This document shows positions 24,601 through 36,741 of a DNA stretch of 64,000 nt, in pieces. Location: assembly GCA_963575745.1 (NCBI GenBank), contig CAUYUJ010000336.1:124001-188000 (forward strand), given 5' to 3'. The notes beneath the pieces were generated by a model. The model was not told the origin of the DNA and did not search any database. It worked only from the letters and a program-made list of their open reading frames with translations. How positions within the stretch are numbered: position 1 is the first letter of the stretch; the number at the start of each line of letters is the position of its first letter. The position numbers and the translations under genes are program-made. The stretch is from Prorocentrum cordatum. Taxonomy: Eukaryota.

Positions 24601-27600
24601 GGAAGGGCGCGCCCCTCCCCGACGTGGAAAAAAGAGGGTTGGAAGGGGCAACTTTCTAGACCACCCACCACCTACGCCCGGAGGCCTGATTGGATTACGC
24701 TTTTGCCTTCGCACCGCGCATGTTTGTTTTATTCGTGCGCAGCCGCTATAAAAATTGAGGGCGGCTTCTTGTGAAAGTGGGGTTCGTTCGCCTGGGGCTG
24801 CCCCAGGGCGCATGGCCAAGCGCGTAATTCTTACAGCAGCTGCACCATGAGGTCCCTCTTTTTCTGGTGAGTAACGAATTTATGTAGACTTTTCTAAATG
24901 CCAGATTCGCCGCTCGAAAGATGCAGGGCTGTTCTTTTACACGTCGGAAGCCCCGCCTAAATGATCGTCCGGGCGGGCGCAAGTGTTCCAACATGTGTTT
25001 CTAGTGAAGAGGAAGAAGTGGCATCATTGATGCATCTTGGGTTATGTCTGGCCTTCCTCCCTCTTCTCCCGCCCCACTTCCTTCTCCTTTTCCTCTCCTT
25101 GCTCGTCCCTCCTTTTTTTTGTCGGTATCCGTCTTGTCTTGTCGTCGCATCTAAAGTGCTTCGCCCTCTGCCACCGGCCATCCTCATATTGCTTGCGCGG
25201 CCACGTTCTAGGCCTCTTAGATGGGGTCCGAGCATGTGGGGTCGGTGGAATGGAATGCCCCGCATCGCCGATGCATCGCCGATGCGCTGGCGACGCATTC
25301 GCCGCATTGAGGCGCATGGGCGATGCATCAGCAATGCATCATCGATACATGCTCGATGCGCCGAATGCAAGAGTGCCCTGCGTGGAACGATGCCCGTGCT
25401 ATGGGATGGCCGGCCATTCGCATTATTACGAGCCTGCGCCATTCGTTCCGTCTTCGCTTGCGCCCCATTTCTCTGTTGTCTTGAGTTCCCAGTCCTCCAC
25501 TGTTCGCGCGCTGGTATTGTGACGTGGTTTTTGTTTCCCACTGTCCTCAAACGATCGGGGCCATTCCTCTGTTGCTGGGCTTCGCTGTCTCGTGATCAAT
25601 AGTTTTTTCCCCCAACGTTTGTGCCCCCCTCCCCCTCTCCCCCCTGTTCCGCCGATGATTTTGCAGAACTACAGACAAGGCTTGTTGGCGTTGCCTCTTC
25701 CGGTTCCCTGCTGATGCGTCCTCATTCTCGCCTTCCTTCCTGACCTTCGACCCGTCTCGACGTGCCATCAGCGAATGCATCGACATCTCGATCCCCTTGC
25801 TTCCGACGAGGCAGCCACCTGTAGAGCGACGGCCTAGAACGTTCTGCCTTTTCTGATTCGCGACACCAATTTCGCGGGCCCGCGTTCGTGTTGCGAGGGC
25901 GATCGTTGCCGCGCGAGCGAGAGCGCATGTATTTCACGAAGGGCCGTGGCTCTGGGGGGAGATGGCTCAAGTTGTAGCACCGCGCATCAGCAAGGGCCTG
26001 TAACGTCATCGTGGTGCCTATGCTCTGGTTGCGAGGATTCAGGAGATTGCGTTAGTGGCTCTCGCACTGGGGGCGCGGTTTCACGCGCAATTTTAGAATT
26101 GGGGCTTCGTTTGGGGATCAGAAGTTTCAGATCAGCGCTGTGGATCGCGGCCCTCGGAAAGGGCTATCATACTACCCGACGCAGAGTCGACATCGGGGCA
26201 GCACATTCGCGAAACAGTAGCGCGGCAGCTCGCATGGGGCCCCCTGAAGCGGGGTGGCGGATAATGCGGTTCTCCCCGCTCCAGTTTGCAATTCGGCGGC
26301 GCGCGAATGGGAGTGGCGCGAAGGGGGGCCCTCCCAGGAAACATGGGGTTGTGGAAGCCACCTTGCCTTCAACGCGTATTCTCGGTCGCCTGTGATCCCT
26401 TCAAAGAAGACCGCTGCTGTTAGAATGCCGCCCCCTGTGCCCCGCGCCTTCTCGTGCGCAGCCGATGAACGTTGCGGGCCGTTTGGCTCGAGAGGCCTGC
26501 CGTCGAATCTGCCGCGGCATCAAGGCTCGTGGGTCCGACGCTTGGTGGTCCGTGGCCATGTGGCCGAGGCCCGTGCTGCGCGGCCCCTGGCCTCGTGGCT
26601 CTTCGCAGCTGTTCGGGGTATCTGGGCACGGTGCAGTCTGCGTGGTGGCCCTTGTCCCCGTGGCTTCTCGTGGCTGTGCCAGGCCAACGAAGTCAGATCC
26701 CCCTTGCACTGCGCGGCAGGCGCATCGAGTTCCGCACTTGCTCCAGCGCCAAAAACTTCTTTGAGTTCTGACAAGGCTGTAACTATCTCCGAGGCAAAGA
26801 ACAAGTTGGAGGTCGAGAGGGCCAAATTTATGATCTCCGTCTATATGTCTGTTTTCACATTGGGTGATCCAGAGATGAAGCGGTTTGCTCCCACGATGGG
26901 CATGGCTGCTACACCGTTGGCCGAGGCGCACAACACTTGCACGAAAGAGCTGGCAACCCAGAAGGGGGCTGTACGTTATCACGCACGGATGGCAAGCAGG
27001 GCATTTCTGACAGAGTACCTGCAGGATGTCGCACAACTTTTAGGTGACACGCGGAAGTTGGAGCTAATTGGAATCATTATGTGCCTTTCCCCGGCCGGCT
27101 TCGCTCCGATGTCTATCAAGCAGGAGCAGCTTTTGTGTGACACAATGATCGGGCTGATTCGGGGAGTGTTCACGGTCGAGTGGGTGCACATGCAGAGCTA
27201 CGCGCAGCGCCCGCCACTTTTTTTTTGCTGGCTTGTGCAGCTGCGATGGCACGGCAAGGAGGCATGCTTGACCCATTTCTACGACATTTCTGCCGCCCTG
27301 GAAGAGGCCGAACTGTATGCCGCGGGCCCTGGAGCCGACCGCGCCAAAAAGTTCGCGCGCGAGTTCTTAGGTAATCTCTTCTGGCCACGCTCTACCTGGG
27401 TCCGGGAGGTACTAGTGGCGCCTGACGAGTGCGAGTTCAAGAGGGTGCCCGAATACATACGCAATGACATTGAGCTAGTTTTCAAGTCGCATGGGACGTC
27501 CAGGGTCGTGGAGCTGGCGTTCAATGACTTGACGCTTCCTTCCAAGGGGGGTGCGGGAACGTGTCGTAGATCGCGGTGGTCTCACTGTCTATCGGGGCTC

Positions 27601-27899
27601 GCTCTGTCTTATTGTTTGTCTATTGGGGTGATTCCTGGCGCCGGGCGGGCGCCCTTCATCGAGGGGGGTTCGATCGTTTTCACTTGGCGATGCCACCCCG
27701 GCCCCCGTCTTCAGCAACCCGCTTTAGTTGTTCGCTGTTGAGTGATGTCCCACAGCTTCGCGTAACCCACCAGCCCATCCAGAAACGATGCCGACGCGAG
27801 TTGCCCTAAGCAGAGATGTGGAGGAACATGCAAAGGAATGGGAGGCTGGGGAGGACGCCCCACCCCAAGAAGGGGGAGTATGGAGGTGGATTCGGAGGA

Positions 27900-28291
27900 G
27901 CAAGAAGAGGAGGAGGAGGACGAGGAGAAGGTGGACGAGGAGGAGGAGGACGACGAACATGAGGAAAAGCAGGGGGAGGAGGGAGAAGGAGGAGGAGGAG
28001 GAGGAGAAGGAGGAGGAGGAGGAGGACGATGAATGACAGGATCATGAGGAGGCGGATGATGACGATGACGATGACGACGATGATGACGATGATGATGACG
28101 ATGGTGATGATGATGATGATGGTGATGATAACGGTGATGATGGTGATGTTGATGGTGCTGATGATGGTGATGCGGATGATGATGGCGATGATGATGATGA
28201 TTATGATGGTGGTGATGCTGATGATGATGCTGATAATAATAGTAACACTAATGATAATGATGTTACCCATGGTGGTGATGATGATGATGGC

Positions 28292-28327
<36 letters not shown>
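27900..28327. repeat. (GAG)n then (GAT)n microsatellite; counterpart at ~40250-40725
   Basis: Direct reading. Confidence 0.9.
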
Positions 28328-28328
<1 letters not shown>

Positions 28329-28329
28329 A

Positions 28330-28615
28330 ACCCGAGTAAGCGATTAAGGAACCCCCCCCCTCTCCGGTGAAAGGATAACGCACCCGGCACCCGGAAGCGT
28401 TATCCTGGCACCAGGAGGGGGTACACCAGATCACACGGGTCCCATTACAATTCTAATTGGGATGCCACCCGAGGCGGGGCGCTGGAATTATTCATTTTCC
28501 TTCCATTTGCGCGGTGCTAATAATATCGCTCGGCGAAAACCCCCCCAAATAATTATTTAATTACGGCGCGGTGCTAATGATAACGCCGGGGGGTTCCTTA
28601 ATTGCTTCTCCGGGT
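28330..28615. mobile_element. 286-bp MITE with TA TSD (Tc1/mariner-type), present only in duplicate copy 1
   Basis: TA|acccgagtaagcgattaaggaacccccc ... gggggttccttaattgcttctccgggt|TA; empty site gatgat-ta-tgatggtg near 40660. Confidence 0.9.
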
Positions 28616-28638
28616 TATGATGGTGGTGATGATGATGG

Positions 28639-28687
<49 letters not shown>

Positions 28688-31600
28688 CAGCATCACCATG
28701 ATGATGCTGATGATGAGGAGGGGGGTAGGGGGATGAGGGGAGGGAAAACGAGGGCGATGAGGGGGCTGCCGACATGTATCAGGGGTCTCTTGGCATAGCC
28801 CCTGTGGCCTTTTGGGGCGTATTGAGTGCCGTTGAGGGGTTTTGGGTGAGTCTTTCAGGAGCCTCGGGAACGCCGGGGAGGCTTTTTCGGGGCCACCTGG
28901 GGCTTCCTGTTGGGGCACTCTTGGGGGCCTCGGGGGCCGTCTCGGGGCTATAGAACGGTCAAGCGAGAGGGCGTAGCGCACTAGGGCCCCCCCCGCAGGA
29001 GGCCAGCATGTGACCCATGCTTTAATCAAATCAGCGGTGTCATCGGGGCTGTTATGGGGGCTTCTGGGGGCGCCTTGGGCATTTGGGGTGCATCTTGCTG
29101 GCCTTTTTGGGGCCTCCTGGGCGGCCGCCTTGGGGCGCCCTCGGGGGCAATCTTTAAATCATCCTGGAGGTGATCGATCAAAGGAGGAGCGTTTCTTGAT
29201 GAGCCCCCCCCCGCAGGAGGCCAACGTGTGGCCAAACCCGTGTGTAAACTCAATGTGTTTGGCCTTTTCGCCGAGGCTTCCTGGGATGTTAGTCTTGAGT
29301 ACCCCTCGGGGGGCCTCTTTGGGCGTTTCGGGGGTCTCCGGGGGGCCTTTGAGGGGCACCTTGGCCCTTGTGGGGCTTCTTGGGCACCTCGTGAGGCCGC
29401 CTCGGGGTTCCTTGGGCGATTCGGAGGCCATCTTCGGCCATCGTGAAGGAGGTCGATCAAGGGGGGGGGCCCTAGATAGGCCAACGTGCTGCCAAAACCT
29501 TAGTAACATCAGTAATGACGGCTTTTTCGCCGAGGTCGTTTCGGACGCTCCGACGACCCCGCCGCCCCACCCACCCCCGCCCCTCCAGATCCAGGAGCGA
29601 GGGGGGGGGGTAAGGGAGGGGTGAACCCTTCCCGAAAGGAAAAGGGGGGACTGGACGAGAGAACTCGCTAAACCAGACACGCCGTCAGGGGCTGGCGAGG
29701 TTCCCCAGGTCGTCGCATTCGCTGGAGCTCGTCTCGTTCGCAGATGTTCGATGTCATGTTCTGGGGGCTGGCGCGGGGGGTCCTCTTGTTTTGGGCCGCC
29801 GACAGATCAAACGACGGCTCCAGTTTTGTCCACGACGACTCGGACCGAAAACGCATCAACAAAGCCGAGATTGTCTCTGCGAGTGCAAAATCTGGGCCCC
29901 GCATCAATAACGAGTTGTTCGACGCGAAGAAGCATGCGTTCTCTTTGGGCGAGTCGGTACTTGAGGATATCCAGAAGAGCAAGGAGACATTGGGGGCGAC
30001 TGCTTATGCGAATCCAGGCATGGCAACAAGTGTGGTGGCAATCATTCCAATCACCAGCACCTAAGTGTTAACTCGCCCCAGCGAAGAGTTCGGGGCAAGT
30101 TGCTGCCGTTCGCCTGCCGCGAGCTGGCGCGCAATGGGCCCCCGGGCAGACTGTGGCCCGAGTTTTTTTTTGCCGCGGTCGGGAATCGAAGGGGGCCTGC
30201 CGGGGGTTCCGCCGCGCAGCGGTCTGGGAGTAATCAAGTTAATCCTAGGGCGGGGCATCAGGGGCGGAGATGGGGGCGGGGTGTGAGGCGCGTCAAATTC
30301 TGCGTTCCTGTGAGGTTGTTTGCTCTCCCACCAGCGCAATTTCGCTTCGCTTCCAAACCATTTCTCGTCGCTGTTGTGCGTTCCAGGGACGGTGATATGG
30401 CACGCGGATGCACGGCCAATTCCAGAGAATTGGTGGTACGTCATGGGAGCGATTGTAATGGGCGCCGTGGTAGTCCGAATCCGCGACGCAGGCCGCACAT
30501 CATAGACATACATCCGAATGGCTCACTTGCACGGGCCAGACCTGGTCGCGAAACAAATGTGCATCAAAAGCCTGACTGGAAGGACAAGGCATTATAGGCT
30601 CCCGCTACGGACCAACGAGGAGGACTTTGTTACAGACCGCTGCGCGCGAGGGATTCCCAAACTGGACTAAGGAGCTGGGGCTGTGATTTGTGTGCATCCA
30701 CCGCCGAAGGGCCCGATGTTTCAAAGCTTCGGCAGACGCTGGGCATGGATGTTGCCGGGCCCCTGGGGCCCCGCGCATATCCTTATCGGCGGCCTTCTTG
30801 TGCCTTGGGACGCCGACCCCAGGCGGCGGACGCGCAATAATCCGCGCCCCGTGAAGGAGCAGTTTGATTTGCTGTTCGGTTTTTTGGAGATAATGTTTGA
30901 ATCCCGCTGGCCATCCCTGATATGCGACACTCTTTATGCTCTGATCAACCACTCCTTGCCGTCGTTGGACGACGCCGCTGTCTAGGCGATCGTGAACAAG
31001 CGGGGCGGGTGCAAAACGCTGCATTTTGCTTAGACGCTGGGCGCGTGGACGCACTGTTCGAAGGGCTGCGAACATCAAAAACCAAAATGCAACCAAGAAC
31101 CTAGACGCGCCTAAAACAAAGGCGAAGGCGAAGGCGTTGGCTCGGAAGCCTTTGCCCATCAAGCCGGACGTCGAGCATTCAGGGGCTGGTGCCTGGGCGC
31201 TTCATGTCAAGGTCGATCGCCGTTCCTATTTCCGTTCTGTCGCCCGCCATCTCGAACGCATGGGTTGCATGCGTTGCGGTTCGGAGCCTGTGTTCGGACG
31301 CGCTTGCAGGCCCCTGGAACGGGGGCCAGCGGATGCGAGTTAGCAGCGGAGCGCTTATCTTCCAAAGGTCCCTGGGTGCACAATATCAGTCGAACGCGAG
31401 TGGGACCACCGGGTCAAAGTGCAATGCCCTACGGGCGAGCCTCCGTTTAGCGCTTTGAAGAGTGTATCGGGCACGTTTACGTTGTTGCACGCCGTGAGAT
31501 TATGTTTGCGGTGGGCGTCGAGCAAACACCACCTGCCATGCCCTTGGGTGCTGGATGATTGACGTTTGCGTCAATTCGACTTTGCGCGGGTAGGGGCGCA

Positions 31601-33879
31601 AAGTTTCTCGCGCGCGCTCGCGTTTCTCGGCCGGCCTCTGGCGCCGCGAGATTTGACTTGGCGCGCGGCCGCCGCGCTGCATGCCTTCTGTTCCCGGTTG
31701 AGTTTCCATGGGTTTTCAGCCGCCGTGCAACGCCAGCGTCATTGCGACGCTTTCCATCTCGATATCCGATGAGTGGGCCGCGGTCGAGTGTCCGGGCCTT
31801 TATCGTGCATATTGCGCGGAACCAGGGCTTAATGCGCACATTTCTAGTGGAGGGAGCTCTCACTTTGAGATTATGCCGCGAGAGGGCCGCCCGCGCTGAA
31901 CTCGGCTCTTTCCCGCGCGTTGTCGAAGGATGTTGGTCGCGCTTTTGGTTTTTATTGTTTTCATTATCTGCTGATTACCTGCGCGGGGACCGGGGAGTCT
32001 TGATTCCGGCATCCAAGGTAAGTTCGTGCACTTGGCCTCCAATCGAGGACGATGGGCGCCCAGTGTGCGCCTGTGCGCCTCTACTGGGCTCCTGGCAGTT
32101 TCTGGGTCTCTGTCAAAGTTTGCGCGCGTTTGGGGCCCATTCTGACGGGCGCAGTCAGAGCGCGCCGCGAGCGAAGTGATGCCCGCGCGGCGTCGCGCAG
32201 GGGAGTCGCAAAGGGACCCGGGGAGATTTGCATGCGTTCCTTTACTCGATCATGCGCCGATGGTGCCGCCCAGTTCTTGCGCGGCAGTATTGCCTTAATA
32301 TTTAGTTCCCCCCCTGCCGCTCTTGTGGTTCAGAGTGAGATGGTTCTTCTGGGCTGCGCGGTTAGCCCCGAGTCTTTCGCCGCCGCCTCTTCGATGATAT
32401 TTCGGAGGCTCGCGCTGAGTTTTGCGGGCGCGACGCGTCTGTCGGCCCCGCGCCGAACGCGGGGGGGTCGATATTTTCGCGACAGAGCATGAGAAGATAC
32501 CGGTCTGAAGATGCAGCAATGTTGCGATGCTTCTTCTCGCCGCTCCAGGAAGTTCGCTCCGCTGGTTAGTCTACGCGGCGCCTCTCGCGATAAGTTCGAC
32601 TCCGGCATCTTCGCCGCGGGGCCCCGGGGCCGCGACGCGCCCGGCCCTCGCAGGAAAAATCAGGCCTGTGTTCTTGGCATCTGCAGTCTGGGCTCGGTTA
32701 CCCGACGGACGTCGCGACGGCGCGAGGAATGTTTGGACGGCGAAGCAGAGTTCGGGGCCAGTTGCTGCTCTGTCTGGTGCCGACCTGGGCCCGCGCTGTG
32801 AGCCTCGCCAAGTTGGCGGATAGCTTCTCCCAGGGCGCGATCCTCTCCGCGTCTCTGCCATCAATGTTCTGCGCCATATCACCTCTTGCGCGCGCGAGTG
32901 CTGTTCGGCCTCCACATTTGCGCCGAGCGACCTCCGCTCTGGGACGGGGGGCCCTTGGAAAGGCGGGGCAACACTTCCTTCCCACCTTTGCTGGGAGGCC
33001 GATCGATGGCTTTACACGGATGATCAAGACGCTCTGTTCATTGCGGCATGGGCGCCGTGCCTGTCAAGATCAAAAACCCTTCGAAGCACCTGAGGTGTGA
33101 CAGAACATTCAGGGCACAAGGGATGCCTGAGGGAGTTGGGAACAAGGCGCCCTGACCAGAGACAGCGCAGGAGAACGCGCTGACCACAGAGAGAGAACTA
33201 ACAATCGCAGAGCTGGCACTCGATGGCCCGCCCGCACTGGACAGGCTCGTGGCGCGCTCTTCGCAACCGTTCTCGCTTCTTTCTTCCTTCAGAAAGACGG
33301 AAGGCAAATGGGTCGCGGGGCGGCCGGCCGTCCCTGTTGGAAACACGACGAAGGTTTGCCTGGGCAGCCTCGCTGTGCACAGCAAGCAACCTACGCAGGC
33401 TGGCCCAATTTGGGCGGTCGATCGACCCTGTCAAACCATGTTGTTCAAGAGTTGGGGCTGGCCAACTAGCTCAAACGCATATTCCTCACTACCGACGGCG
33501 ACGCGGGCCCGGCGGCGGGCGTCCGGATGACACTTTATCCACAAGACCTCCGCCCGACCATAACGACGATCAAATGCCGACCAGATCCGAGACCACAGGT
33601 CGAGCATCGGACTGGCGGCGACAAGATGATCTCGCGGCAGCCGAACTGCTCTGACAAAGTGTAGATCGTCTGAAGAGCACAGTCCGCAAGCCGTCGTGTG
33701 GCCATCCAGCTGCGGGGATTAGGCTTGCTGGTCCCTGCTCCAGTTCCAATCGCCAGTCTCCCATGTTATAACCCAAATCGGTTTGCCTACTGCAATCGGT
33801 TGGAACCCGCCCGAAGAGAGGATGCCCCCCCCCCCCCCCCCCCCCCCGCACCACGCACACACACGCAGACACACACACG

Positions 33880-33911
<32 letters not shown>

Positions 33912-36698
33912 AACACACACACACACAAACAAACACACGCACACGCACACGCATCTGCACGCACATACCACACATACACACACGCACACGCACACTCTCT
34001 CCGCCCGGAGGCCGCGATTGTCAGCAAGTTCGACATGCAGCGCGAGCCGTCAGAATTCGACAGGTGGCTATTCGGTCTGCTGTGCAGCAACACCCGATAC
34101 TGGTACTCGGGCGAGACCAGACCCTGCCACTGCTAGCAGTGAGGATTTGGTAGATGAAGCTATCACCGCCGACCCCGAAGGCGCATTCTTCACTTGTGGA
34201 GCCCCGCCCAGAGCCAACCTACGGGCGCCCTGATCCCCCGCGAGACATCACCTGGGATTGGGGCCCATCCGCGCTCGCAACGCGACGGTGGGCATTCGGG
34301 GCCCGGGTGGCTCGGGGGGGAGGCGCGCCGCCGACAGGTCGGCGCAGCGCGGGCGGTGGACTGCGCGCCTCGGGGAACAAGGTGGTCTTGAGTAGCAGAT
34401 GGAAGGCGGCGCGTGGAAGTCTTTGTGCTGTTGGGCAGCCCAGTCCAGGAGATGAGCCGCCCGCATTCCCCATGGCGATCTACCGTGCACATGGCGGTTC
34501 ATGGCGCCCCCCAGTCTCGGCGCAGGGGAGAGACCGTTAACATCGCCAAAACAGAAGCATCATCCACGCGCCAAGTATCGCACGTCCTTCGATCACTTTT
34601 CTGGCCAGCACGCTCGAAAAATTATCGCGCGCAGCGGCGCCGCCCGCGGCCGGCGCCCTTCATTCCGACTCTCCCCGGTCCCGTTTTTCTTACTTTTCTC
34701 CCCTCCTCCTCCTCTCTCTTCCTCCTCCTCCCTCCCCGCCTATTCCCCCGTGTCTTTAATTTTCCTCTTTATATATGACCTGTCCTGCCGCAGCCCCCGA
34801 CGGGTTGGTGGGGCTGGCCGGACTCGCGTTGATTGCGCACTCATCCCGCATGGCCATGAAGTTTGACGTTTGCAGCAGTCATCGGGCCGACGGAGGCTCA
34901 TTTTCGAAATTGAGGCATCTCTTTAGCGCCGCGCGTGATCGTTTTGGTTTCGCGCAACAGTTACGCGCACGGAGGGCGGTTGTGAACGTGAAGCTCTCGC
35001 ATTACCGCCGCTCGCATTCGTCTCGACAGTTTGCAGCAGTTGCGGAAATGGATGGTGGCCCCATTTCAAAATTCTTGAGCCCCCCCCTGGGGCCCTTCGG
35101 AGCATCCAGAATCCCCCCTGAGCAGGCAACGGGCCCAGTTCGGCGGCTGAGACGGGCGGCTTCCACGCGGACCAGGGCGGTGGCAACCTGGCCGGAGACC
35201 CTCTTGGGGAGAGGCCCGCTGTACCGAACGCGAGCAACGGGGCGGGGTTCAGTGACGCACGGGACGCCGAGGACAGAGCCCGGCCTCGCCCCTTCGGAGG
35301 GCAACCGGCAGGCCTTGGCGGCGACGCCCACGTGCAGGAAGGAGCTGCCGCCCCCCCCCCAGCGCGAGTGGGAAGGACACTTCCCCCGCAGGATGCTACG
35401 CAAGTTTTGCGGCTGTTGGCTGCTTCCCCACGCCCGCCCCCCGCCCGCCCCCTTGCCCCCGCCCCCCGCGCCCCCCCGCCAAAAGACTCCAGTTCTGCGC
35501 GACTGTTAGTCGTTTTACTGGCCCTCCCCGACCCGTCCCCCCCCAGGCGGCCGGCGCGCGGCTGACTCCCAGCCGGGGGGTGCCCGGGCCCGCCCATCGC
35601 GTCGCCGTGGCCCGCCGCCCCCCGTCGCTCCCCGCCTCCGCTGGCACGCGCACGCCCCGGTCCGCGGCGTGCCCCCCGGCGCCCCCGCGCCGTCGCCCTC
35701 GACCGACTGAGTGCCGGCAGTTCCACCTGGGAGCTATCGATCTTTCCAGGCCGCGCCGTTCGCTCTGAGGGTTGCCGCGCCGACGGGGCGCGCTTTGGCT
35801 GGTGGGCGCCTTCCGGAACATTGGGTTTAGCGTTCCCTCTACGTCTGGCGATCCTCCCGCGCGTGAGCTGAGAGACGGCTTGCAGCGCCGCGCTCTGCCG
35901 CCCACGATGGTTCGCCAGCCTGGCTGTAGACCCCCGCTGCGACGTTCGCTCGCCGTTTCGCTTCATCATGGTCGACGAGTACATGCACGACGTCTGACGT
36001 TGGGTCCATTATCTGGATTTGGTCACGCTCCAATTCATTCACCATGTTGGTGTGCATCGAGGCCCTCCTCCTGGTCCTCCTTGGGTTGGCGTGAACTTCC
36101 TGTTCTTCTGCGTCGTTTCAGCCGCCTGAGTGGCAGCGTAGCCCGCTCCTGTCGCTTAGGGCCTAATTTAGCCCGCTGCTCGGTCGCTGCGCGTTCCTGG
36201 ACGGCGCGCGGCTGGACCGCGTCGCTCGCGAAAGAACAGTTTTCCTCCGCAAGATCAAAGTACCCCCGCCAGCCCAGTCAGAAACGATGCCCAGGCGAGT
36301 TGCCTTGATCAGGAAAGCGGAGGGGTGTGCAGTGGCCTACTGGGGCGTTTTGGGAGCCTCTTGGCGGTCCCGGGCGCCTCTGTAATTTCTTGAGTGCCCG
36401 CTTTGGCGCCTCTCCTTTTGGGGCGTTCTTTGGAGCCTTGGGGCGCTCTTGGAGCCATCTTGGAATATCGATCAAACAAAGGGGGGGGGGGGGGGGGTGA
36501 AGTAGCTTTGCTCCTGTAGAGTGCCTAATTTCGTCTCTTGGACCCCTGTTGGGGCTCCCCTGGGCGTTCTTGGGGCTGCCTTGGAGGCCCCCCGGGCCTT
36601 TCTTGGGGCCCTCTGGGGCCATCTTGAAGCGAGCAGGCGAGAAGGTAAAAGACATTGATTGTCACTCGTTTTTGGAAAGTTTTTTATATGTAAATGTG

Positions 36699-36741
<43 letters not shown>

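Larger units (their letters stand above)
26090..31562 (+). pseudogene. Decayed long transposase-like gene, interrupted by repeats at ~27800-29700
   Basis: Protein-like blocks: RGFSW, TISEAKNKLEVERAKF...WPRSTWVREVL...TSRVVELAFNDL (hAT-like RW and E motifs), FSLGESVLEDI, SSLLCVPGTVIW..WWYVMG, C-terminal HAVRLCLRWASSKHHLPCPW*. Contains frameshifts and stops. The 5' boundary is approximate. Confidence 0.6.
19196..31599 (+). repeat. Segmental tandem duplication, copy 1 (~12.4 kb)
   Basis: Starts aagtttctcgcgcgcgctcgcgtttctcgg (repeated at 31601) and ends tcaattcgactttgcgcgggtaggggcgc (repeated ending 43619). Colinear throughout. Confidence 0.97.
25211..31599 (+). mobile_element. 3'-truncated copy of the TIR DNA transposon (left TIR plus transposase-like ORF)
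   Basis: tcta|ggcctcttagatggggtccgag left TIR; right part removed by the duplication junction. Confidence 0.8.

Noticed and set aside
26254..27741. Intact 495-aa host gene, or a Fanzor/TnpB nuclease
   Set aside because: It lies within TIRs, its paralog is frameshifted, and I saw no RuvC or zinc-finger motif pattern.
27806..28390. Poly-Ile/Met/Asp ORFs (also 40150-41037, 52082-53149, 58068-59146)
   Set aside because: Translations of trinucleotide microsatellites.
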